From NCBI GenBank assembly GCA_021613535.1, contig CP075497.1, positions 8,370,001 to 8,434,000 of the forward strand: 64,000 nucleotides of DNA, read 5' to 3'. The translations under genes and the position numbers were made by a program. This document shows, piece by piece, positions 23,738-39,608 of the stretch. Under the pieces are notes generated by a model that was not told the DNA's origin, searched no databases, and was given only the letters and a program-made list of their open reading frames with translations. Each line of letters starts with the position of its first letter. The stretch's first letter is position 1. The DNA is from Adineta vaga (Eukaryota > Animalia > Rotifera).

Positions 23738-26640
23738 ATGAAATTACAAGATAAAACTATGTTTCTTTTCATCAATATACTGTTGATGTTTTGTATACGA
23801 CTAAGTAATACATATGATCCGACTATAACTGATTTGGATCTATACGGATCAATGCTAGTCGCAAATCAATATTTTATTGTTTCAATCGTTAATCGAACTT
23901 ATCCGTCATTTGCTGTTTATCGTCCATATTTGTCGAATGAATTTTGTACTTTTAATGTGAATATTATACCTATCGGTCAAACATATGTTATGCAATTGGC
24001 CATTCCTGATGGAATATCTCCTGTATCGAATGTATTCTTTTATCAAGGTATATCAATGGGAAGTGGTAGTGACGGAAAAACTGTCGTCGTTAAGATTACA
24101 ATTATTTCCATGTCCCCTTGTAGTTATACATCAAAGTTTTATCAAGTACGAATCAACGCACCAGATGATTATTCTGCATTCGGTATTAATTCACTGGGTA
24201 CCATTAGTATCTATTTGGATAATTTTTCGACGCATATGTATGATTTCAACAGTAATGCTAATAGTTGGGTGAATGGTGCACCAACAAAAATAAATTCCAG
24301 TTTTGTGTATTATGCAATGGATATCAGTAATAATCAATGGGGTGTCATTGTAGGTGTTTTACCATATAGTGGATTTTATATTCCTACTGTATGTTTGATT
24401 ACATTCAGCGCATCTGTCAATCCTGCAATTGCGAATTATGCTGTACAAGAAGTCGTCAAAGTACCAATAGAATTTCCTTGGCAAATAAAGAAAGCACGTT
24501 CTGTCACTGCAACAAATGATTTTGATCCAATGTATGATATGTCTGTATCAATCAATAATAATGGTGATGTTTTAGTTGGTGTACAATCAATGAACACTGT
24601 ATATCATTTATATGTCGATCCAATTAATCTAACAAAGATCATATTTAAAAGTAGTCGAATAGCTAGTACGACAAAGTCGGGTCTAGGTTTTGGTAAAAAA
24701 GTTGCTTGGTTAGATGATACAACAGCGGTTATCTTGGCAAATAATGTTTCACTCGATTATACAGATTGGTATTCAAGTAAAATTGAAATCTATGATTTAA
24801 GTGGTGGAAATGAATTAAATAATACACAAGAACCTTTTTCATCATTTCCAACGGCTATACAATCAAGATATTCAATATTTACAAATCATATTATTTTAAT
24901 GGCTGCTTCCTATAATCGTTCAATTATTTTCATGGATTCAGCTGGTTCTGTTTATATCGTCTTACCATCTCCATCAGGTTATTATTCTGCAACACATATT
25001 GGAAATGTTCTTGGACCAAATGTATATTTTTCTTCACCATCACTTTGTCCTGCAGGTTTTATTAAACAAGGATCTGCGCAAGGAAAACATCTTTTCGATA
25101 CTTGCGCAATTTGTCCTGTAGGTACATATAATCCTGGTACAGTTAATACAACGAATATCTGTATCGCATGTGATACAACAAAATACTTTTGTCCATTTGG
25201 ATCTGTTGCAGAAATTCCATTGGAATATACGAAACAAATAAGTCAAGCAGTAGCATTTCCAAAATCACCTGATATAACAGGATTTGAAGATATACTTTTA
25301 TTGAATATGTTCAATACAAATTTTGAAACGAATTGTTTAGTTACAACGCCATTTTTTTGGACATTATTAATGATTAGTATTGCAATTGTTTTTCTTGTGA
25401 CGATGGGCATTCTAAAACTAAGTGGCAAATGTGAAAATTTTCGAACAAAAGTTGAAATGATTTTCAAACATTTCGATATTATCAATGATGGAGAAGTATG
25501 TATCATTTTTTATTAAGAGATAGATATCTTAATTAAAATATGGAATTTGTTTTATTCTAGCGATGGATTAGTGGTGTCTTATCCATATCTATTCTTCTTA
25601 TTATTATATTTGCTGGTTTATTTACCAATTCATTTCTAAAACAATATCCAAAAGAAACATCTCAAGCACCAGCTTTTACTTGTGATGAATCACTACGTAA
25701 TTCACAATTCTCTTCACAAATGCAATCATTAGGTGCAGCAATTCCAACAGATGCTAAGAGAATATTTAACTTACTTGAAACACAATCATTCACTATGAAT
25801 ATTGGATTACTTAATACAATGGTTGATTTAAATGTAACTGTTGAAAAAACAATCGGTACAATTACTGAAACTCTTTCACGAGATATTTCCGTACCAACAA
25901 ATGGTTGTATACTTATTTCATTTAATTTATCAGCAACTATAGCTGTTGTTACTATTAATATATCAGGTTCGCAAGCTATTGGTGGTATTCGAATTGGTTT
26001 GTATGGTTCTGAAATCGTTGAAAATAATAATAGAGTTCAAGAACTAAATTTTTCCTCTTCATTTATATTACAAAATCAAACATTATCACAAGAACCATAT
26101 TTTAATATGGAATTAATTCAAGTTATTAATGAAACAAAATCTTTATCAGCAGCTGATCCATCACAATTTAGTGGTCTATGGATTCCAACATTTATTAAAG
26201 ATGATGATCGAAATTTTCAAACTCCAGATGAATATAAAAAATATCATACGCAATCTCAAACAACAGTAACCATTGATCTGACTCAAGCAGTCTATTATAT
26301 TTTTAATATCGAACAGCCGATTATCAAAACAGCAAGTGTTATTTTTAAGAATATTCTTTTTGCATCAATGTGTATGGAAATATTTGCATTTGCTTTTCTA
26401 TTTTTCAAATTAACTATTGCACCAATATGCGGATTGATTAGTAAATGTATTTGGCGAAAGGATGCGGAAACAAAAGAAGAAGATGGAAGTGGAAGTGAAA
26501 GCGAAAAAGAAGAAGAAGAAGAAGAGAATGAAAGTAGTGATGATGATGATGATGATCAAGATAATGTCGAAGAAATACCCAAGGAAATGGCATTTGAAAC
26601 TGCAAACAATAAGTGGTATCAACATAATACGAAAACTTAA
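23738..26640 (+). CDS. ~945-aa cell-surface protein, paralog B (tandem duplicate of 20334-23238)
   Basis: Same architecture and same intron position (GE^, 25496-25560). Shared motifs YD.SVSIN...VL.G.QS.NTVY, GFGK.V.WLD.TTA, FEDILLLNMF, CD..LRN..FS..MQSLG, SG.W.PTFIK. Acidic C-terminal tail. Confidence 0.88.
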
Positions 26641-26870
26641 CTTTTTATTTAATCGTCGTATCTTAGCTACTCGAACTATTTTGACAATTATTTAAAGCAA
26701 TTCTAAACTGATTTTTCAAAAGTAGTTAGATATTCTATATCATACGTTTTTTTTCTGTATCATTCTTAATTCTCTATTAAAATAAGAAAATAGACATTAC
26801 TATGATCTAAGTTTTCCATAACAACAAATTAATATTTGTGTTTTTCTTTTTAAATTATTTTCAAATTCGA

Positions 26871-27545
26871 ATGTCTGTATCTCAGATAGATACGATTGAA
26901 TCTAGTTGGACACAGGAATCTGATCCAAAAGATGATCATAATTTTACTCATCCAAGAGGCTTTAATCCTATTATCTATCTTGAACAAGTACGACAACAAT
27001 CACGGCTAGATAAAATGCTTACATTACAAAAATCTCTTACTGATATGATACAATCACCATCGAATAAAGGACAACAACATGAAATTCTTCATATATCAGA
27101 AGATTTAAAAACTATACATTCAACTTTACTTACACTAACTGATTTCGATATTGAAAATGCAACCCGATATGGAAAAGAGATCATCATGATTATAATTAAT
27201 TTACTCTATTATGTAATTACTCAAATCGGTCAGACGAATATTCAAATTTCAACTTTAGAATCAATGCTTGCCTATATTCGAAATCTTATACATACAAGAT
27301 CTGTTCATATGCGAGAGATAACACCTGGTTCTTTATTAATTGCTTGGTATGAATTATCACATCTGATGTCAATTATGCAAATGGAATCCGAATTGAAAAT
27401 AACTAATAAAAAAGCGATTCAATTATTAAATATTGCTAATCGGACAGTTGCATGGGCTTATAAATATTTATCTACAGAATGGATTGATGATCTTGATGAC
27501 ATAAAGTATATCGATCGACATAGTATACCTTATACTTATGAATAA
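26871..27545 (+). CDS. Intronless orphan protein (224 aa, predicted helical)
   Basis: Uninterrupted 675-nt ORF with protein-like composition in very AT-rich DNA; AATAAA overlaps the stop. No family recognised. Confidence 0.7.
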   Translation: MSVSQIDTIESSWTQESDPKDDHNFTHPRGFNPIIYLEQVRQQSRLDKMLTLQKSLTDMIQSPSNKGQQHEILHISEDLKTIHSTLLTLTDFDIENATRYGKEIIMIIINLLYYVITQIGQTNIQISTLESMLAYIRNLIHTRSVHMREITPGSLLIAWYELSHLMSIMQMESELKITNKKAIQLLNIANRTVAWAYKYLSTEWIDDLDDIKYIDRHSIPYTYE

Positions 27546-27897
27546 AAACAGCAAGCAAATGAATTCTCTAATTATTTACTATGAAAAGAATATTCTTGTA
27601 AGATTATCAATACTTCTCATAATGAAGGACTAATGGATCAATAAAGTAAAGTTCTTATTTCTTAATGACAAGCAAAAACATTAATCTGTATATGTAATAA
27701 ATATCATGAATAATCATTGACATATTTTGACATCTTAATTCTCTTTTTTTCAAAATATAATAAAGAAAAAAAAGTATAAGATAGATTGCAAAAAGAAGAA
27801 AAAAGAAAGATATTTTTGTTACCATTAATAAAAAATCAACATTTGATAAGCATTTTTCTTTGCTACCTGTTTCGGTCTTTATATCGAACATAAGAAA

Positions 27898-30800
27898 ATG
27901 AATGAAGATATAGTAAAAAAAGATTATCCGTCCGTTCGTGAAAAGATTCAAAGATTTAATATGCTTGGAAAAATCAATGGTGGTTTGACATCTTTATCAA
28001 CTAAATCAAGTTCATTAGTTAGTTCGATTAGTAGATCAACAATGAGTGAATGTGCTATGAATTCAAATGAAACGGATGATCAACATCCTCGATCAAATTA
28101 TACATCGATTACTACAATTGATTTGACATCTGATATACATCAAAAAAGATCAGCAACTCCATCAGAATCAGATTTAAATAATCCATCGAAAGAATCATTA
28201 ACAAATCCAAATTATACGGCATCAACTACAATGTGTAAAGAACAATCTCTTTCAACAGAGAGTATTGGCTTAGAAGTGATCGACGATGCAGAGATTCAAA
28301 ATAATTTAAAATGTTCAACACCACCGATGAATGATTATGAAGAAAATGAAATACGATGTAAATCAGTAGACTTGGAAACGATCATTCCATTACCAGCTCT
28401 ACCTCCACCGCTACCTTTAATGAATTCATTACCAACTTCTTCTCACGATAAACTCAAACGAACACTTCCAGTATCAAATTTTTTACTCGAAGCCGGTGCA
28501 TTACTTATTATTTTCATTCTATGCATGATACTCGTTTTAGCCATTCGAGAAAATGAGACTGATCTTCGGATTATTCTTCAGGTAAATTATTTCATGTTGT
28601 TAACAAAAATGAAATTTCTATAAGAATTTTCTTAAAGATTTTTCTTACAGGTATTTATTTTGTTTCGATCATTTGGATGATATGGTGCGCATTTGATATA
28701 ATTAAATTCCGTCGACGATGGATGAAATTAACATCAACAGCACATGATCAACATGAATATATGTCGATTGTCGAACGTTTTTCACATCATTTATCATATT
28801 TTCCTGATATTCATAATACGGGTGGTTTATTTATGAGAATTGGTGCAGGATGTAAGTATTATCTATAGAAGAAAAGATTGTTCTTCTTGAAAAAATCCAT
28901 TTTTAGTACTTTGTATGGGTAGTCTACTTTTAACTGTGATTGAATTGGCCAAAACTATGGAAACATTACGAACTGAACCAATACATCATCGAGATAGTTT
29001 GAATACTTATTCGAAATCATCTTTCATTGCTAAAACCATCACATATATCTTTCGTTTCTTTTTCCATTGTGTACAATTTACATTTTTGTTTCGATATGGA
29101 AATGTAAGTGATCAAATGGACATTCTTTACATTTTCATTTGTTAATGATATGATTTATCAAATAGATTATTATTGATCGGTATCATTTTATTGCCAGAGT
29201 TGGCCTTATTCATATAATAATGGCGAATTTTTGCACTTGGTTCGAAGGTAAAAATAGAAAAGTTATCAAAATATTGATTCTATTTATTCTCTTTCTAGCA
29301 ATTGTTATTGAAACATTAGAAGAAATACATAAATACGGAAATACAAAATTAGTTAGTGCTCCAATGCAACTTAAATCAACCGAAAAGCTGATATTTGAAT
29401 CAGGTACGTTTACAGAACAAGATTACTAAATGACTGTGCGAAGGATGTGATTTATGAGTAGTCCATTCTTTTTTTTTATCGAAATTTTGATAAAAGTACA
29501 AAAATACCTTCAATGATTGTCAATAGATTATTTAAATGTGTACAATCAATTGAGATATATTTAACTTTTATTGAGTGATACAAAGTCGAAAATATATCAT
29601 TTAAGTTCACCTCGTACATTGTACCTAAAATCCAAAATTTTTAAAAACTCTCCTTTTATGAACATTAGAATGAAATTTATATATAATCATCATCTGAGTC
29701 TCTATGGAAAAGACTCGTTAGCTACCAAAGAGATTTCCTCATTTTTATTTTTCTTTCTAATCATAATCAATGTTCTGTATAGTTAATATGACTACTCCCA
29801 ATCACTTATCCATTGATACAATTAATTTCCTTGAAACTATTTCGTTAACAAGTTACTCTGGTGAATCAAACTCTACACACAATAATGCTACGACTCTTTT
29901 GGAATACATTGAACGCATGGAATCAGCCATGGGAACTTATTTATATCCATGTTTAATCGAATATAGTCTTATTTGTGTAACAGTATTTTATATTATGTGG
30001 CGCAATGTTGGTAAAAGTGAAAATCAACCATTTCTCCATTTTTCTGATCGTCATATCTTTACTGTAAATTGTTCTCGTGCATCCTATGGCTTATTATTTG
30101 GTGGTATTATTTTTCTATTAACTATCTTTACATTGATTCCAGCATTTATACTTGAATTTTCTAAAGCAGTTTTCATTACACATATTGCCGAATTGATTTT
30201 ATTGTTGACTTCATTGATAGTTGTTTGTATATCATTCTGGTTTACGACAAAACTTTATTATGATCGGCAAGCTCATGTGGATATTTTCGATGAAATTTTA
30301 ATTTTAATCACAACAGTTGGTGATTTTGCTTATTCGTTTTTCTGGTTATTTGCATCGATCTTTATAGAATCATATACAATTGGAATTCCACGAGGAGTTG
30401 AAATAGCTATTAGTTTAATAGCAATCTTTCAAACATTCTTTCAATCAGCTTTTATTTTGGATACATTAAAACGACGTACAAAGACAAGAAATGATATTCG
30501 TAAAAAACCAGGACGAGAACTGATAACTGCTCTATTATTAATCAATCTTGGTAAGATAAAAGATTCTTCTATCCTTGACGAAAACACATCAGATAGTTCG
30601 AAGATAATATATTAGATCGTTTATTTATCTAATAGATATATACCAAGATTGTGTGTTGATAGTTCGAACTTTTAATTATTCTTATAATTCTCAAATGAAT
30701 ATGATAGTTTATCTTAATTATTTCTCACACATTTCCCTGACTTTAGATGAAGATGTTTTTATTCGTCTATGACATTGACATCTTTCATGCATAAACAACT

Positions 30801-31150
30801 TCTATAATCTATACATAAATAATATCTATGATTGTCATGCTACATTTACAAGTGTCAAAATAATATGACTAAAGAATATCTTCGTTATTTATTTTTTTAA
30901 GAAAAATCTTTATCTTTTAGCTATATGGATGCATGATTCTTTATCAGCAAAAAAAGTTAATGTTAATCCATTGCAAACAGCTTATTATGATGAAACAACT
31001 TGGTCAATTATTCAAGCATTTACTTCTCCACTATCGATATTTTATCGATTTCATTCAAGTGTATGTCTTGCTGATATATGGCATGAAGTCTATCATGAAC
31101 ATCGATCTCATCAGCATAATCATATATCTAATCGTTTGAATCAACATTAA
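27898..31150 (+). CDS. Otopetrin proton channel with long low-complexity N-terminus
   Basis: Motifs GLFMRIGAG, FFFHCVQFTFLF, GLIHIIMANFCTW, YLYPCLIEYSLI, NCSRASYGLLFG, KKPGRELITALLLINLAIW, PLSIFYRFHSSVCLADIW. Confidence 0.92.
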
Positions 31151-32265
31151 ATATTTTGAATTATAGATAGTTTACATATATACATATATCTCTAATAAAG
31201 AAAGAAAAAGAAACGCAATTCGGATGATAAAAGAAAGAAACATATATTCTTCTTTCTTGTTTATAATAATTATATTATATTTTCTTTTTTCCTTTCGTTT
31301 CCTCGTTTTTCCATTAAGATATATTGTATCTCAAGGTTAGATAATATTTTTTATTCTTTAGCATTATCCTAGATATCTAATAATTCTTCGTCATTCAAAT
31401 TCAATCGAACGAAACATGAGCTGTTGATAAAACATACAGGTATGTACGTAGGTCTATGAATACGATCTATCAATTCTGAAATTTCATCTTAGATTTTTTT
31501 ATTTGAACATTTGTATAAAGATGTCTCTTGTTTTTTTAATACATCTGTTTCTATCGACAGACAGATAAGAATAGATAACAATCTTATGTTTTGCACTTTT
31601 ATATACTGCGATATTGTTATCCAGGTGAGAATAGAATTTATCCGACGTATAATTGATGGTTATGTAAAGATTGAAGTGTACATGAAGAATTTGGTGGGTG
31701 TTTTGAACTACAAAGATTTTGAAGTAGTTGTGCTCTCTATGATACGATCAGAATGGAAATGAAAAGGATCATTTACTCATTTTCTCTTTTTTTATTTAAA
31801 TAACATATTATCAGTATCTTCAAATATATCATTAAGTACACTTAGTTTGATATCTAATCAAAATTTTCTGTGTAATTTTAAATTTTATTCAAAATTCTAG
31901 TCTCTGACGTTTCTATTCGACATATTTTTTTCATCAGTTGATAAATAGCGACATCATTTACTTGATTTGTTGTCTCTAATGATCAATAAAGAACATTGCC
32001 ATTTTCATTGTCATTATTTATATCTCTTCTCTCCTTCCCCCTTCATTTCATTCTTTTCATTACATTAATATTAATAGTTTTCTGAGTCAATAAAATCTAC
32101 TCAATAGATTAACTCATGTAAAACATCAGTGCATTTTTCTTCTTCTTTTTTTTAAAATTTTTATTGAAAATACGAGTGTTGTATATTATCATCTCAGGTA
32201 ATTTTTAGAACATTTCGAAGAATAGTTAGTTCGATGAACCTTTTGTGTTTTGTTGATTAGGCATA

Positions 32266-34116
<1,851 letters not shown>

Positions 34117-34708
34117 TGTATGATGCGAGAATGTTTTTTCTTTCTTTTTTTCAATTGTATACTTCACGTTTCTTTTTCTATAACAAAAAACATGTCTCTT
34201 ATGTGTGCATATTCTCGCATGGAAGGTAATGAAGAAAAATGGATACTAAAAACTATTGTGTATTATGTATATATATATTAGGATATATTTAATTTAATTT
34301 TTAACATATATGTATGTCTTAAATATTACTTGTTTTTGTTTTCCCTTATTTTAAAAGAGAGAAATGAAATTTTCATGATGAAAAGTACGATATCTTAACA
34401 AGAATGAAGAAAACTCGACGTCATTGAGGATATGTACTGAAATGTCCTTGACGCGTCGCTATAATCGTAGACATATGTGGTTAAATACATCGATTGAATC
34501 CAACTGGTTGTTCTTTTTCTTCCATGTTTTATTCATACGTTTAACGTGTTCTCTACGTATTCGATTATTCATCATAATTTTGTCATAGAATAAAAGAAAA
34601 AGAAAACACGTACTAAAAAATTTGTCATGTGTACTTCACATGATTGGTTTTACAAAATATTTTCATTCTTCTTCTTCTTCTAGATGTTTACCATCAATAA
34701 TCATTCTC

Positions 34709-37700
34709 ATGTATAGACATCTTAGAAATGCTAATTTTCATCTATCTTTTTTCATTCGACAACATTTTTGGCCTTTACTTATTCCATCGATAGCTATTCT
34801 ATTTCTTGCATTTTGTCCACAAATATCTCAATCAATTCAAATAAATACTAATGATCATAATCGACATACAGCAAATCCCGATAGAACTGTAGTGAAACGT
34901 GGTCCACGTGAAATTCAATTGAAATCAACTCTCTCACCATTACCACTTTCAGTTCCACCACTATCATCAACACCGTCAACTACATCATTTGATGATTCAA
35001 TGTAAATAGAGATTTTGTTTTCTATTGAATCTTTGTAATTTTAAATCCTACTTCTCTTTTAGTCATACATTATATGTGATTTCTTTGGATGGTAAAATAA
35101 CTGCACTAGATGCTCGTGCTAATGGTCGTCAAATTTGGACAGCTGATACTGGTGCACCATTGGTTGATTCGAGTTTAAGTAAAATTGAAATATCTCGTGA
35201 TTCTCGATCTGTTCGTCTTATTCCATCGTTAATTGGTGGTCTCTATGAAAAATATGAAGAAGATGGACATGTTGAACCATTACCATTCGATGCTGATGCT
35301 TTACTTGATGCATCATTTAAATTACATGATGAATTAGTTATTAATGGTGGAAAACATATCGATACACTTGGTCTAGATTTACATACAGGACAAGTATGAA
35401 ATACTAAACGAGAAAACAAAACTTTTTATGATTCATTTTTGATTTAAATAGACTCTTTATTCGTTTTCAAAAGGTGAGCTAAAACATCCAAATACATTAG
35501 ATAATAATCGAACAACAACGGATAATAATGAACCTAAACCGACATTAATTGTTAAACGAACAACACAAACTGTTCGAGCACGAAGTGCACGAAATGGATA
35601 TGAAAAATGGAATTTCAGGTAAAAGATTCCCCATTTTTTTAAATTGAATTTCATTCATAGATATTATATTTAATCTAGTGTTTCTAATCATGAATTACTT
35701 CATTTACGTGCTCAGTCAAAACCTGTTGTTCTTGAACAAGTTGATGCTCATATTAATCGTGACATAGGTTTTTCTGGTAAAAGAAAACAACAATCTTTAC
35801 TTTCTTATGCGAATATTTGTTTATTATTAAGGTTATTTTCAATATCAATTACAAACTGGTGTTGTGTTAGCGTATGATAATACTAATCGAATTGTTTGGT
35901 CATCAGCAATTAACGCACCAATTGCTGCTGTATGGGAATTAAAAGATGGTCAATTAAAAGAAAAATCTTTATTTGAAACAACAACAACGTTAAGTTATGT
36001 TCCATCCGATGAATTGAGTAAATACTAATAGAATTATGATTATCGCATTTTCGATCTAAATTTTGCTTTTCTTTCCTCTAGCTGTTGCTGATGATGATGA
36101 TGATGAAAATTTCTCTTCTCCACCCATTTCTCGTCGTCTAGCATTTATTGGTGAATTTAATTCTACACCATATGTTATTGTATCACCCAATGTTCAAAAA
36201 GAATTAATATATGATGCACGTAAAAATAATGGTAAATATTTCAATTATTTCGTTTTCAAATCATAGCTTTTCTTTTGTCAGTTGCTGGATCAATCGGACA
36301 TAAACGACCTGTTCTATCTTCTTGGCATAAAGCCTATCAAAAACGTACTCTATCTATTGGTTCGGAAGTATCAGAAAATCGGCATCAACGCGCAATTAAT
36401 ACTGGTATATTCGAACATAATTATCCATTAGCTTTACGACCTGATACAACTGGATCACATCCATCAAATTCACTGCCATCTATTGTTGAAACATGTGATA
36501 CAGCTGGTTATTTAGAATTAATTTCTAATCCAACTGATAGTCGTTTAAAAGAAAAAAATGAAAAAGAATTAACAAAAAATTCTCATTCAAATTCAAGGAT
36601 CAGTATATCAACAAATACATTGAAAGTTTCAACTGTTATTCTTGGTGCTCTAATAATTATGTTAGTATGGTATAATAAACATAAAAAAGATGCAAAATTA
36701 TCGAAAGATTCGATGATCACAGAGAGTACTAGTAGCACATCAGTAACACCACCATCAACTCCAATCTATCATCAACTAGAATCATCTGTATCGATTCCAC
36801 CATTTCAATCGAGATATACCTTAGAATATGAACATGTAAGATTTCTTGGACGTGGTGGATTTGGTGTTGTATTTGAAGCAATTAATAAATTAGATGAACG
36901 ACGTGTTGCAATCAAACGTGTTTCATTAAAAAAGTAAGAATTATTTTGTAAATTTATTGTCAAATAATTATTATCCTTAAAATTTTTTCAAAGATCATCA
37001 GGAAAAGAACGTGCATTAAAAGAAATTCGATATCTAGCTGTTCTTAATCATCCAAATTTAATTCAGTATTATTATGCTTGGAATGAAAGCCCACCGATTG
37101 GATGGCAAGAAGAAGAAGATAAAACACTCTTAGTTCGAACGAATATGCATAACAGGTATATATGATTTCATTGTATATTGCAATCTCTTATTTCTCACGT
37201 ATTCTTTTTCTTTGCTAGAGATTCGTTGAGTACTTTTCCTACATCAGCAGCATCTGGTAATGATAGTGAATCTATCAATCAAATGAAATCATCCAAATTT
37301 TCTTGTATCTCTGCTGTATATGCAATGAAACCACCGACAACTTCTCCTCCACCATTATTTGACATAACATTTGATCGTTCCTCAAATCCACTGCGTATTG
37401 ATGAAGATTTCTCTTCAAATAGTGTTACCAATAATACTAATAAATCTGAAGAAGTTTCATCATCATTCTCCTCATCATCGAATGAAGTGAACAATCGTTT
37501 AGATGCAAATAATAATACAAAATCAACAAAACGTAATCGTTTATCCACAACAAAAAGTTCTCTTTCATCTTCGTCACCGTTCTTTGAACATTCATCTGAT
37601 TCATCCGTACTATCACACGAAGAAGAACATCTTCCGGAAAAAAATCAAACAGAAAGTGATGATGGAATTATATTTTTACATGATGATAAACGTTCATCAT

Positions 37701-38834
37701 CATCATCACCCGTACCATGTCAAACAACAAAATCTTTAAGTGAAACAAAGAAATTACTGACGAATGAAAAAGACATGCCACCAACATACTTTTATTTTGT
37801 TATGGAATTATGTCAACCGGAATCGTTACGTGATCGATTAACGCAAAGAAGTATTGATCGACATCAAGCTTGGTCTATTTTTGATCAAATTATCAAGGGT
37901 ATTGAATATATACATTCACAAAAACTAGTAAGATGATTGTAATTTTTTGTCTTTTTTTTTATTAATTTAATTTTTGAATTAGATTCATCGTGATTTAAAA
38001 CCAAATAATATACTTTTCTCACTGGACAATACCGTTAAAATTGGTGACTTTGGTCTTGTTTCGGCATTTGGTGAAGATAAATTAGCAAAAAAGAAGAAAC
38101 GAGATGATGACAAAGTTGATCTTTTACAACAACTTGAAACAATATCATCAACAACAGATGGTGGAGGTAATAATGAACTTGGTGGTACTATACTTTACAT
38201 GAGTCCAGAACAGGTATATTACTTTTACAATAAAGAGTTCTCGTTCATTCCAATGGATACAATACGTTACTTTTTTTTATTTCATAGATGCATCGTGAAC
38301 CATATAATCAAAAGGTTGATATCTATGCTATGGGTATTATTCTTTTTGAACTTCTCTATCCATTTTCTACACAAATGGAACGTATGCAAGCAATCGCAAA
38401 TGTTCGTTTACAAAATCCAGTATTTCCCGTTGATTTTGAACGTGATGGCAGCAATCGAAATCAATTAATTGTAAGTATTAACACAAAAGAAATCGAAATA
38501 TGACGTACTTTTAAATGATATTTTCTCTTTTGTCAAGTGTCGTTTGATTCGTTGGTTATTATCGTATTCACCACGTGATCGTCCACGAGCAACTGATTTA
38601 CGTCAAGATACATTCTATCAACGTATGTTACAATTGGAAATACCACATTTACTTTCACCTGATAATCGTCAACAAAATCAAACATTGATCAATGGACAAG
38701 ATCAAACACCTGTCTGTCAACAGCAACAACAACGTGGTCGAATATCTTCATCACCATTTCGTCGAACAGTATCATCATCAGCGCTTCAGTCTCATTTAGA
38801 ATCAGAAGCATGTGATATGGATTGTGCATCATAA
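34709..38834 (+). CDS. EIF2AK3: PERK, ER-transmembrane eIF2-alpha kinase
   Basis: Signal-like hydrophobic segment; IRE1/PERK-type luminal domain ([32 protein letters not shown]); TM; kinase [30 protein letters not shown], long Ser-rich insert, [34 protein letters not shown]. Confidence 0.92.
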
Positions 38835-39174
38835 ACAAAAGCTCAATGATATATTTGCTAATTAAAAAATTCGAGCAACATTGCATATGATGTAATGATA
38901 TCTTTCATTCATTTTCCTTGTTCCTCTCTTTTTCTGTCAACTGTATATAGATTTTTTTTTCTTTTCAAAACACCATTAATCGTTGACTTGTCCTTTACAT
39001 TTTATTATTCTTTCATTTTATTGACTTGGGTATGGATTTCGATTCTTTTTGTTTGTTTGTTTGTTTGTTTATTATCCACAAAAAAAAGAGAGCAAGAAAG
39101 AAAAATGATAAATCGAACTCCTGTTGTTTGTCTTGGTATTTACAGATATAAGAGAAAATTATTTTGTAAGACTA

Positions 39175-39608
39175 TCACGTAGATGAGCCACCAACCTAAA
39201 ACAAATTCTCATATAAAAAGAACGAAAAGAGAAGAATTACGAAATATACTTGTTCTTGATAAACTTCAATTGTATCATTATCTTCCATTTCAAGGTGTTT
39301 GGGAGTTTCATCATCATTAATACGTTTACCATCGAAAAGAAATCTTCAAATAACATAAAAATCAAATAGGATAGATTTTAGTTTTCAATTGTTTGATTTA
39401 CCTTAGTGTTGCTACACTAACACCCTGTCGTTCTGCATATGATTTTTTCAATTTACCCATACTAGTTGTCATTTTAACTTTGAAATGAACTTCGCCTAGA
39501 AAGAATAAGAAATCAGATGATCTGAATAATTTCTTTCAAACTCATACTATTGTCTTGTCCAACAACACGAAGTTTAATATATTCTTCTTGTTTGTTCTCA
39601 GCTGTCAT
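39175..39608 (-). CDS. SUMO: Small ubiquitin-related modifier (SUMO), 4 exons
   Basis: [20 protein letters not shown]|[31 protein letters not shown]|[32 protein letters not shown]|VGGSST*: di-Gly followed by a 3-aa propeptide. Absent from the ORF track because the exons are short. Confidence 0.95.

Noticed and set aside
38895-39182. Hydrophobic Phe/Leu-rich ORFs (also 4643-4909, 10256-10519, 43355-43894, 58058-58396)
   Set aside because: Translations of T-rich UTR or intergenic DNA, with no motifs or splice support.
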